Source: Nemertoderma westbladi
Taxonomy: Eukaryota; Animalia; Xenacoelomorpha
Length of the DNA stretch: 64,000 bases
Reading direction: 5' to 3'
Assembly: GCA_032718475.1 (NCBI GenBank)
Contig: JAUCBJ010004605.1
Coordinates: forward strand, 10,662-74,661
The translations under genes were made by a program, and so were the position numbers. Shown piece after piece: positions 37,161 to 47,241 of this stretch. Every line of letters begins with the position of its first letter. Position 1 is the first letter of the stretch. The notes under the pieces are model-generated. The model worked only from the letters and a program-made list of their open reading frames with translations, made no database searches and was not told where the DNA came from.

Positions 37161-38316
37161 GTTGAGCAGGCCGTTTCTCTAATGTCTCCAGCGCCTCATG
37201 CGCGTTTTGGCCGATGAGTATTTGCACTCCAGGATAATCAGTCTGGAATCGAGGTATCTTAAGATGTTGGATACTCTCATCCTCGTCCCAATTATAAAGG
37301 TCTGCTTGAGTAGTAGCGAAGTTCTTTATAGCCACCATTTTCACTGACCTTATGCTATGTTCTCCTAGTTCGTCCTGGGGGGTGGACAACGCTCCTACAT
37401 AATAATCAGCTATTATCGTAGATTTCCAAACTTGCATAATGCCTGACATATTGAGCTTAGTTTGGAACTTGGGTTGTCCAGCAAATATATCTTCGGCTAG
37501 CTCTTTATCGATGAATGTTCCTGTACTACCGGAGTCAAGGAGGGCGTTCACTACATAACTCCGTTTAGGTCCGTGAACCCTTACCTGCACCACAGGAAAC
37601 TCTCGGATCCCTACATTGGAAGATGGCTCTTTCCAAGATGGTTGTCGTTCAGAAGTAGTTAGAGTGAAGTCGCTGTCTGTATCTTTTTCATATGTGAGTG
37701 CTCGATACACTGCGGTATTTATCATGTAACAGGATTCGTTTTCGTCGGAGAACTCGTCTGTATAGAATCCTTCCATCTCAGATTGATCAGTGTCGTTCAC
37801 ATCACTGAATTGGACATGTAGCTCGGAATCACTTACCTGATTCTGACTATTTCGATCGAATTCAGCGTGCAACAAGATATGATGTTTCGCACCACACTTT
37901 GCACACCTTATGTCAGAGAAACAGGTTCGCCGTTGGTGTCCTTGTCTGAGGCAATTATAACATAACCGCTTATCCCACATGACTTCGCGTCTCTCCGTTA
38001 ATGATTTCTTTAGAAATTCATCACACCTATTCAAATGGTGGGTCCCGTCACACAGCGCACATTTCGGTTTGATGTTACTTACCTTATTCTGAGTCACATT
38101 GTGTACACTTGCCTTTTCTTCGGGCTTTCTCACCTGAATTCTCTTGGGAGACGTGGGAGGAGTTTTTCGTACCTGTTCCCTCCTGTCATTTGCTCGAGAC
38201 TTGAATTTACTTACCTGATCTTTAGGCATCTTATTGACATAATAAGATCTATCAGTGTCTTTCCCGCTATCTTCTCCTTGAGAAGTCTGGCTTTCGCCGT
38301 CGTCTGTATAACACAC
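37135..38316 (-). CDS. BEL/Pao gag C-terminus (triple zinc knuckle) and aspartic protease
   Basis: CALCDGTHHLNRC, CYNCLRQGHQRRTC, CAKCGAKHHILLH, ALLDSGS and ILIGQN. Confidence 0.92.
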   Translation of the reverse strand: MCYTDDGESQTSQGEDSGKDTDRSYYVNKMPKDQVSKFKSRANDRREQVRKTPPTSPKRIQVRKPEEKASVHNVTQNKVSNIKPKCALCDGTHHLNRCDEFLKKSLTERREVMWDKRLCYNCLRQGHQRRTCFSDIRCAKCGAKHHILLHAEFDRNSQNQVSDSELHVQFSDVNDTDQSEMEGFYTDEFSDENESCYMINTAVYRALTYEKDTDSDFTLTTSERQPSWKEPSSNVGIREFPVVQVRVHGPKRSYVVNALLDSGSTGTFIDKELAEDIFAGQPKFQTKLNMSGIMQVWKSTIIADYYVGALSTPQDELGEHSIRSVKMVAIKNFATTQADLYNWDEDESIQHLKIPRFQTDYPGVQILIGQNAHEALETLEKRPAQPQPLHGKN

Positions 38317-41300
38317 TGAACGTTACCTTTTTCCTAGAGACGGGTTTTTCACTTACCTTGTTTTCCGGTGTCTTCTCTCGGGACTGCTTGAGGAGTTGCA
38401 ATTTCACTTCTCCATCCAAGAATGACATGAGATCAGTCATGGTAGGGTCTCGTCGTTGTTGTTCCATCATATATAGTACTTTCTTATCCCAGCGTGTGCC
38501 TACCCCACCTTTCGGTAAAGTAGAAGCCACAGCTCCAATGACCATAGAACTTTGGTATTCATGAGACTTACCTAACCAATCTAATTGTCTACAGATCTCT
38601 TGAATCTCATCGGAAAACTCTATTATCCCACTGCTGATGAACTTTCTGGGCGCTACTAATTTTGCATATAAATAATTAGCGATATTATTCCTATTACCAT
38701 ACCTGATGTTTAGTGTGTCCCAAACTTGTCTTAATCCGTCTGGATGTCCAATAAACTTTAACGCCATTAACTTGGGAGATCCTTCCAAGCACTCGATGAG
38801 GTATCTAAGTTTTTCTCCATTAGATAGTACAGAGTTCTGTATGTTATCTTTGTAATATTCATTAAAAGGTAACCATTTCATCTCATCTCCATTGAACTTG
38901 ACGATCTCTCCCACCTTTACCGCTTGCCGGGCTTCGGTTCTAGCCATTTGACGCGTAAAACTTTCTTGGGCCATCGTGTTATTTAATATCGAGTTATCGG
39001 TATATAAATTTCTCGGATTATGATCAGTTCTATAGGGAATGTCATTATCGACAGGTCTATAATTACCCTTAATAGGGTTCACTATAGGAGTTTCTACTTC
39101 GCTAGCAGTATATATGCGTGTAGGCTCCACACCTTGCGCATGAGATACTTCAGACCTAACAGGTTGACACATTGTTACAGAGGGTGGCGGTATACCCTTT
39201 TGAGTATTTACTAATTTATCGCGCTCTAGCGCGATACTTTGCTGCACTTCTTGCAACTCTAGTCTACTTTCCCTTACTGTGCCCTTGAATTGCTGGACAG
39301 TCTCCTGCATCTGCCCGAGCAGGATATCCATCCCCCGCCGTCTCTCGTCCACCCATTCGACCGCCGAAGCGGGAGTCGCCAACGTTGTAGCGAGCGGACG
39401 AGGGACCACGGGCGACAAATCAGGAATATTTCGCTCGGGGTCTAGGACCTGAACTGTCTCCCGGGCAGTTCTACGGGGCACAGGTAGCTTAGTGCTATGC
39501 AGAGGGAATTTAGAGGTAGTTTCAGGGAGCACAGGTGTGTCTATCACCGAAGGGGTGATTTCAAGAACAGGCCTAATTATTTCAGGCTCATCTACTATAG
39601 TAGGGAGTCTTTCTATTTTAATTATTTGGTCTGTGGGCTCTGTACTACCTAAGTTGGTGTTATTTAGTTGCCTTCTAACAGCTGGAGGCAAATCAGGCAA
39701 TTTCTGACGGTGGAATGTTCTTTTACGTCTGCTTAGACGAGATCTATTTCCTTTGCCTTCAGTATCGGTGGTATCGCCTTCCTCAGATGATGTATATCCC
39801 TGTCTTTTGGGAGTAGATCGATTCATCATCTGCATATTACTAGCTGTTAACTGTTTATTTATGCAGTCTTGATTCTCTTGAAGATTTTCCAACTCCAGTT
39901 GGGTGATCTCTTCAGCCGCTCTCCGTTCTGCTTCCGCTACCGCTGCCGCTTTTGCCTCTGCCGCTGCCGCTTTTGCCTCTGCCGCTGCCGCTTTTGCCTT
40001 TGCCTCGGCTTCTGCTTTTGCCTCTGCCGCTGCCGCTTTTGCCTTTGCCTCGGCTTCTGCTTTTGCCGCTTTTGCCTTAGCCTCGGCTTCTGCTGCTGCC
40101 GCTTTTGCCTTTGCCTCGGCTTCTGCTGCTGCCGCTTTTGCCTCTGCCTCGGCTTCTGCTGCTGCCGCTTTTGCCTCTGCCACTGCTTCTGCTAAGGTCG
40201 CTTTTCTTTCTGCCTCTGCCACGGCTGCTATCTTTCTGTCTTCTATACGTTTTTTCCTTACTTGTTCTTCCTTTTCTCTAGCGATGCGGAGTTGTTCATC
40301 GAATTTAGCTTGATTCGCCGCTAACCTATCTACATCTATTGCATCCAACACACGCTGGGCTCCTTCACTATTAGGGCTAAGTCCATCTAGCCTTCTCCTC
40401 AACTCTTCATCTCCCAAAAAACGCTGATAGTCTGACAGATAGATGTCAATGGCATCCTTCTTATGCGGTTTCTCTGCCGTCGCTTCACTTTCCACTTGGG
40501 AAGAAATAGCGTCCGTTGATTCTCCATGGGTTGAGCGCTCCTCCAATTGAGCTTTCCACTGAGCTGCTCCTTGAACCTGGCGACTCACCCGTTGAAACCA
40601 AGTCTTTACGGCAACTTGCAACGACGTGTCTTGTCTTCTTTTAGAAGCCTCCTCAAAGGCTGATAAGATTAGCCTAATTCGCAGAATTCTTTCTCTAACT
40701 TGATAAAGCAGTTGTCCCTGCTCTTGAGGTCCTTGAGGTTGTTTAAACAGTTGTTTTTCCACTCGCTCCATAGAGCTGAAGAATCCTTGTGCGTATCCGG
40801 CTGCGGACCTCTTCCATACAGCTGGATCGATGGTTTCCTTGGCTACTCCCATCCGGTGTATGTCTTCCCAGGCAGCTTCTGATAAATCAAACGGGAGTCC
40901 GGGTCCGGGGAAGTTCCATTGCGACTCGACAATAGACTTCAGTTCTTCCCTCGTGTATCCCGCATAGCTATCTCTAGTTGATCGCTGACTTCTCGTCCAA
41001 TCGATCTGGTGTTCTTCCACCGCAATCAATAACCTAGCGAGTACGGCTGCAGGAAGGATGAGAAGGGGATCCGTATAAACCGCATCCATCATCTTTGCTC
41101 CGCGCTCGGGTGTCAGTTCTACCGTATCTTCGCTACTGGAGCTGTCGGGCCGCTGAGAAATAAATTCTTGGCTAGCGGGTTGTTGCTGTTCCGCTGCTTC
41201 TTGGTCCCGCTTGACCTGAGCTCGAGTGCCTATGATAGACCTACGATGTTGGACCAGCCTAGGTTCTGTTATTACTACTGGAGGGATGACCTTCCTCACA

Positions 41301-41407
41301 GTGGGAGGTGAACTGAACTTACGACTAGATGGTTCTACATCTCTATCTGAGTCGCAGATAGTTACATCTAATAAACTGTCTGACAGGTTCTGCTTAGTAT
41401 CAGACAT
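38267..41407 (-). CDS. gag: BEL/Pao gag N-terminal part with Ala/Glu/Lys coiled-coil repeat
   Basis: KFNGDEMKWLPF..EKLRYLIECLEG..LNIRYG is typical of the BEL gag (DUF1759-like) core. AEAKA repeats at about 39920-40230. Confidence 0.88.
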   Translation of the reverse strand: MSDTKQNLSDSLLDVTICDSDRDVEPSSRKFSSPPTVRKVIPPVVITEPRLVQHRRSIIGTRAQVKRDQEAAEQQQPASQEFISQRPDSSSSEDTVELTPERGAKMMDAVYTDPLLILPAAVLARLLIAVEEHQIDWTRSQRSTRDSYAGYTREELKSIVESQWNFPGPGLPFDLSEAAWEDIHRMGVAKETIDPAVWKRSAAGYAQGFFSSMERVEKQLFKQPQGPQEQGQLLYQVRERILRIRLILSAFEEASKRRQDTSLQVAVKTWFQRVSRQVQGAAQWKAQLEERSTHGESTDAISSQVESEATAEKPHKKDAIDIYLSDYQRFLGDEELRRRLDGLSPNSEGAQRVLDAIDVDRLAANQAKFDEQLRIAREKEEQVRKKRIEDRKIAAVAEAERKATLAEAVAEAKAAAAEAEAEAKAAAAEAEAKAKAAAAEAEAKAKAAKAEAEAKAKAAAAEAKAEAEAKAKAAAAEAKAAAAEAKAAAVAEAERRAAEEITQLELENLQENQDCINKQLTASNMQMMNRSTPKRQGYTSSEEGDTTDTEGKGNRSRLSRRKRTFHRQKLPDLPPAVRRQLNNTNLGSTEPTDQIIKIERLPTIVDEPEIIRPVLEITPSVIDTPVLPETTSKFPLHSTKLPVPRRTARETVQVLDPERNIPDLSPVVPRPLATTLATPASAVEWVDERRRGMDILLGQMQETVQQFKGTVRESRLELQEVQQSIALERDKLVNTQKGIPPPSVTMCQPVRSEVSHAQGVEPTRIYTASEVETPIVNPIKGNYRPVDNDIPYRTDHNPRNLYTDNSILNNTMAQESFTRQMARTEARQAVKVGEIVKFNGDEMKWLPFNEYYKDNIQNSVLSNGEKLRYLIECLEGSPKLMALKFIGHPDGLRQVWDTLNIRYGNRNNIANYLYAKLVAPRKFISSGIIEFSDEIQEICRQLDWLGKSHEYQSSMVIGAVASTLPKGGVGTRWDKKVLYMMEQQRRDPTMTDLMSFLDGEVKLQLLKQSREKTPENKVSEKPVSRKKVTFSVLYRRRRKPDFSRRR

Positions 41408-42711
41408 GTTTATGTATACAGTTGAATGTCTACTGCTGTATTACAGTCTGAGCAAGTCTAGTAACTCAGTATTAACTGCTAGCCTAGTAATTAATTACCG
41501 GTACTGCTACTCAGTGTAGCGTGATATATATAATATATTAGAATACCGGTATGCTTATAGTATATATAACTATTATTACAGACTAGGTTTATCACAGAAT
41601 ACCGGTATAATTTTAGCACAAATATATATAACTATATAATAGGCCTATCGGGAATACCGGTATACATAGTAGTATATATAATTATAATTCTGGACTAGAA
41701 TTAATTATAAAGTACCGGTATAGTTTCAGCCTAAATTTATAGAAATAAAGATAATAGGCCTATCGTAAATACCGGTATATCAATTACTTTAAATAATGGA
41801 ATTTCTGAATTTTTAGGGTTACTTGGTTACTTTACTTACTTTATTATCGCTATTTGAGCAGTAGACCAACTGATATGGAGACCTAATGGTTGTATGGTAG
41901 GCCTACTATTTATAAATCATTAGATTTGATTTATAATATATATATACCCGTTTTAATGGGTTTTGTCAATGTTTGAAATAAATGTTATTATTTCTGAGGA
42001 GCAATCACTACACAAAGCGGTGCGCTTTCAGTGAAGTGTTACTTATAGGGCACTAAAACAAATAATTCTAATTTACCTAAGTTACTTAATACTACAAATT
42101 ACGTACAATTCGGGTGAGATTACAATCTCTAAATAAACACAAAAATTTACAAAAACACAAATACGAAATTTTAGGGTAATTTTACAAGAAGTCTACAAAC
42201 CAGCCTAACAAAGGGTTAGAAAACTGGTTATTACAACGGACAGGGTACTACGGTATTTGAAATAATAAGTAGTAGTAAGTACACTGCGTTGTCCAGATAG
42301 GAAAATACCACCGCCTGACGACCTATAGCCGTATCGCTACAGGTACTACGTTATGTATCACGGAGTGTTCCTACCTAGAAGTTAATAGAGCTAATCGAAC
42401 GTGCCTATCAACCACTTTACAACACAAATATAATGCCTACTAATTACTTTCGGAAAGCACTGTACACTAAACCCTAAATTAGGTACGAGTACTTGTATAA
42501 CATATAATCTGTAGTTAAATATACTTGAACAGCTAAAAGAACCACGGCATCTGCTGGAGTAACCGGTGCACAAAATCACCAGTCTTTACCTACGCCAAGC
42601 AGCCCGTGTAGTACCGGGGTTAATTTAACTATAGCGGTATGTATAACAAACACAATTACTGTAGGAACAAACTTGGGGAATGAATGTTGCGAATAATCGC
42701 ATAAACTCTGA

Positions 42712-43285
42712 ATAATAAATATTACGCTACGCGTACAAACCACTCAAACAAAATGCAGACCAAACACTGACAGACTACTATCAAGCCTAAACAAACTACG
42801 GTATATGCAGACTCCGAAATAATTAGGTAGTATGCGTTCTAACCCAGTAGTACGACTTATTCTTTAGTTGGGGGTTTACCTTACAGCATTCGCTGCCCCT
42901 ACTTCCTAACCGTTCTTTATCGGACAAGTGATCTACACACGCTGCAATCCGTTCAGACCTAATAACAGCTAGACAACTATCCAGCCTACAAATTATCTAA
43001 ATAAATATTATACGCTACCCGTACAGACTTACACAAACAAAGTACAGACTAAACGATGGCAGACTACTCTCAAGCCTAAATAAACTACAGGACATGCAGA
43101 CTCCGAAATAATTAGGTAGTATGCGTTCTAACCCAGTAGTACGACTTATTCTTTAGTTGGGGGTTTACCTTACAGCATTCGCTGCCCCTACTTCCTAACC
43201 GTTCTTTATCGGACAGGCTCTACACACACTGTAATCCGTTCAGACCTAACAGCAATCAGACAACAGCTCAGCCTACAAATTGTCT
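42712..43285. repeat. ~290-bp tandem duplication in the BEL 5' leader
   Basis: gcagactccgaaataattaggtagtatgcg...gttctttatcggaca occurs at about 42807 and about 43096. Confidence 0.85.
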
Positions 43286-43636
43286 GTACAATCTGATCAG
43301 GCTTACACGCCTTCTGTTCAATACTGGCCTACAAATAAATAAAACTGACAGAAATAGGCCTAAGTAAAATCCCAATAAAAACCAGGCATCCCCGATTAAT
43401 TATTAAGACCTACCGGCATATAAAGATCAAATCGAATAATACTGCTGTACTTATACGGGAAGTACCGGTTAGGACAGTTAGGCCTACGGACCTACAGAAG
43501 TACCGGTTCTGGCAGTTGGACCTACGGGCCTACGGCAGTACCGGTTCTGGCAGTTGGGCCTACTGACCTACAGATGGACCGTTCAGGTTTACCGGTTGAC
43601 CGGTACTTTCAACTTTATTGCTTACTGCAATAAAGC

Positions 43637-43648
43637 TATATCCGTTAT
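43637..43648 (-). promoter_or_regulatory. Non-canonical primer-binding position, complementary to a 12-mer in the element's own LTR
   Basis: Sense ATAACGGATATA abuts the 5' LTR and is the exact reverse complement of LTR 44381-44392. There is no TGG-type tRNA PBS nearby. Confidence 0.55.
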
Positions 43649-44808
43649 TGTTCGCGCTTTTAGACCTTTGGCAGTTTAACCCGCCAAATTATGATGTCTT
43701 CTAGATAATAAATCACTTTTAGTCTATGACAAGTATTTAATTCACTACACTAGTCGAAACCAATCTGTGCGCGATCATTCACCCGCTGGATATACCTGGG
43801 AGATTGGGTTCGACGGCTTAATCTTATTGCTATGTAAGCCTAATGTATTATTCGACTGACAGTATTATATAATTTCTGACAATATTATTCACCTTCGGGG
43901 AATATTAACAGTTCCTTTAGGACGTGGCGCTCTATTTATACAAACAGAGTTATGACTTAAACTACTCACAACGATATGGCTTAGTTATAATTCACATATA
44001 TGGCGCATTCTTTAGGAAATGCTTCGTTATCAGGTTCACCCATACACAATGCTGCACAATACTGCACACTAATCTGCCGATCTTCACTGATTTTAGTCAC
44101 ATATAAAAGGAACACGGACCGAATCATGTAGGGTCTATCAAATAACATTAGATTCACTTCAAACCACTTTAACATAAGTCACAATCGTTATATGTAACCT
44201 TTCTCTCTTACCTTCGGTATATCAAGAATATTGGGTTTCGGGGTTATTTATCGTTATTCCAAATATAATAATTCATCAACCATATTATGAAGAACTGACA
44301 GTAAATAGCAGTATAACAATATAAAGTATGCACAGGTTGTTTGATTAGGTATGGTATGTTATGTTGTGATAAATGCAGTGATAACGGATATATGCCCTTT
44401 ATAATTAAGCCTACTAGTGTTAGACTAAATCAGAAAAGCACAAAATATTTACAAGCCGTTCTCTCCTGGCTTAGGAAAGAAAGACCAACAACACTGAAAA
44501 CTGATAAGAATAACCTTATTTACAAAGGCTTCCACCCAACACAGAGAAAGAGCATAAAGATAGGAAAATTCAGTTCAGTAGATCTGTGATAGGTCGAAAT
44601 CAAAATCAACTCAAATTCTATTGGGAGATACTTTCCCAAGCTAGTTGGACAATCAAACGTAGCCCAGATCCCTTCGCACAGCGAATCAGCCAATCAGCCG
44701 GTAGCTTGTGCTATTCGAGTTATAGATCCCTTTTTAGAGTATTCTAGCGACTGGGGGGGAACTGGTTAGCAAGGCAAACGAATCAGTTATCCCACAAAAG
44801 CTTTTACA
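43649..44808 (-). repeat. 5' LTR (1160 bp)
   Basis: Direct repeat of 27198-28351 with TG...CA ends. Confidence 0.97.
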
Positions 44809-45668
44809 CCATTCTTGTTCATTATTGTGGTTGACTATGTTCTACGCATGTCCTTAGATCATCATAATGATGATGGGGTGATGATAGCTCCACCTACTGG
44901 CTCCAGAAGTCGAGGAAATCCTGCCAAGTACCTAACTGATCTAGACTTTGCTGATGACTTAGGAGTACTCTTAGAATCATTAGAGGGAGCCCAACGGCTC
45001 CTCAGCTCATTAGAACATGCTGCTTCTAGTGTTGGTCTTTTTATTAACTCCAGAAAGACCAAAATTTTGACAGTTAACTTTGAAAGTCCTCAGCAAGTCT
45101 GTGATCGGATGAGCATAAGCTCAAAGGATGGTATTCTTGAGCATGTGGACGACTTCTGTTACCTGGGATCATGGATCCGGAAGTCAGGTGAGGACCTTCG
45201 AATACGTAAGGGAAAGGCATGGGCAGCCTTGAATAGGCTTTCCAGGATTTGGAAGTCACCGAGAATTAATCGGAAACTTAAGGTCCGATTATTTAGAGCA
45301 GCAGTAGTTCCAGTACTCCTCTACGGGAGTCCATGCTGGGCTCTAACTGCTGAGGACACCAAATCTCTGGATGGCACATTCACAAGAATGCTACGCCGAG
45401 TTCATTGTGTCAAGTACAATGCACACATCTCCAACCAGACACTATATAACATTGGAGGTGTCTCATTGGTTCCCCCAAGCTTGACACTAGAACAAAATCG
45501 CCTCCGCTTTGCAGGACATTGATTTCGCCGTGAGGACCAGCCAGTGCATAATCTTGTACTTTGGCAGCCTCATGGAGTGAATAAGCATGGTGGACAGCCC
45601 ATGACTTTCTTGAGACGCATCTTAAAGGACACTGGCCTTGAAGATGCGGATGATCTAGCAAATGTCAA
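44809..45668 (+). pseudogene. RTE-clade LINE, 3' part of reverse transcriptase
   Basis: LFIIVVDYVLR, DLDFADD, DFCYLGS, VLLYGS and RLRFAGH, followed by a premature stop at 45522. Continues 26225-27197. Confidence 0.92.
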
Positions 45669-45754
45669 GTAAACGAAGTAAATATATTGACATATATATT
45701 ATAATTTATATCTGTATCTCTATAATCGGCATATCGGAATGCAGATGGCATTAA

Positions 45755-45912
45755 GAATGCTATACCGGCTTGTCGACAAAATTGTGCCGCCACAACTCGC
45801 TATCACCCATGACTTTCGCTAGACTATCCGCATCTCCCAGGCCAGTGTCCTTTGAGAGGTGTCTCAAGAAAGTCATGGGCTGTCCTGTGAGACTGCTTAC
45901 TCTCTCCATGAG
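45755..45912 (-). pseudogene. Inverted 3'-end fragment of a related RTE copy
   Basis: Reverse complement resembles 45566-45667 (ggacagcccatgactttcttgagac..aaaggacactggcc..gatgcggat). Confidence 0.8.
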
Positions 45913-46003
45913 GCCTTTTGGAATAAAAAATTTTGTGGTCACACCAAGTCAACATTACATTCTTAAAATAAAACACAAATATATGGTTGTCCTCATTTAA
46001 GTG

Positions 46004-46892
46004 AGTAGTAGGGTCTTGGCCGGCTCTGCGACAGTTGGACCTCACTGACACCCATTGGGTGTCATATGACACCCAATTATCACCCTATGGGTGTCATTGG
46101 CGCCAGACTGTCTGGGTGACACCTCCCAATTAGGCTAATTAGACCCTAATTGACAGGTGTCATCAATTAATTAGTACAATTAAACCCTAACAGGTGTCTT
46201 ATGACTCCTAATTAGGGTTTAATTGATTATCCTAATTAATCAGACTGATTAGCGCCCTGACACACAATGGGTCATCAGTGAGGTCCAACTGTCGCAGAGC
46301 CGGCTCAAGAGGGTGTCATAAGTGACACCGCAGCTCTTTTATTCATTAATATCTATTTATTTATATTTAATTTTAATTAATTATTTGCATTTTATTTTAT
46401 TCGTATTTAATTCTAAATTAATTATTCATTTGTACTTTATGGGTATACAGCTCCCTTACTGGTAACTAATTACTCTTATCTATATCCAGACAGCTTTATC
46501 GTTGACCTTTGACCCCCCAATTAGCTTTAACCAAGCAACAGCATATTAATGATAGTTGTATCCAAGCACCCCTGCCCCCACCCCGTGACAGCTCTGATTA
46601 CTAATTACTCTTACCTATATCCAACCGCCAGCAGTTCCATAGTCTGCCGCTAAGGGCGTATTATCTGAAAATTAACATCTTCTCTAACTTTGTTATTTTC
46701 AATTTAACTATTTATTTATATTTAATTTTAATTAATTATTTGTATTCTATTTGACTTTATTTATTCATTTGTACTTTATTTTAAATTAATTAATTGTATA
46801 TATTACTTTTACTTTATACATTGATTTTTAATTTTAGATTAATTAGTTTTTATATTACCAATGAGATCACTATGACATAATGTCTATATTTA
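46004..46892 (+). repeat. Left terminal inverted repeat (contains a ~350-bp insertion/duplication)
   Basis: 46004-46390 and about 46708-46892 match the reverse complement of 57326-57861. Rich in GACACCC/GGGTGTC palindromes. Confidence 0.9.
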
Positions 46893-47024
46893 GCTCTATG
46901 GTTTATAGATCCCTTATCGTTAACTTTATAATCTTTCCTCTCGCGGCCCCTTTGTCTTCGTTATTCAATGGCGCCACTCTGTCTACCATTGAATAACATT
47001 GGGCAATCATTATCTCGCCTGATG

Positions 47025-47151
47025 TGACGTCATCAAAGCTGCTCTCTGATTGGTTTAATTATACAGTCTTTTCTCCCTCCTGTTCCCTGATTGGCTAACC
47101 CATTCTAGCCCCCTCTATAATAGCCCCCGTTCACCACATTCCCAATCATTG
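47025..47151 (+). promoter_or_regulatory. Compact RNA polymerase II promoter of the 569-aa ORF
   Basis: CRE TGACGTCA at 47025-47032, two inverted CCAAT boxes (GATTGG at 47048 and 47089), TATAATA at 47116 and Inr-like TCATT at 47146, 30 bp after the TATA box. Confidence 0.65.
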
Positions 47152-47241
47152 TCTCTTTGTTTTCCTGAAAAGTTTTAATTATTTTCGTAAAAGTATTTAT
47201 TTATTTTTATTTCCTAAACGAGTTACCGGTACACAATCACG

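Larger units (their letters stand above)
27198..44808 (-). mobile_element. Full-length BEL/Pao LTR retrotransposon (17,611 bp)
   Basis: Two TG...CA LTRs and a 5-bp TSD CCATT (27193-27197 and 44809-44813). Domain order gag-PR-RT-RH-IN. Removing the element restores the RTE motif QGDTLAPFLFIIVVDYVLR. Confidence 0.97.

Noticed and set aside
38316-38356. 41-nt intron (AAG|GTAAGT...TTCAG) repairing the gag frameshift
   Set aside because: Splicing it leads into a frame that stops shortly after, not into the zinc-knuckle frame.
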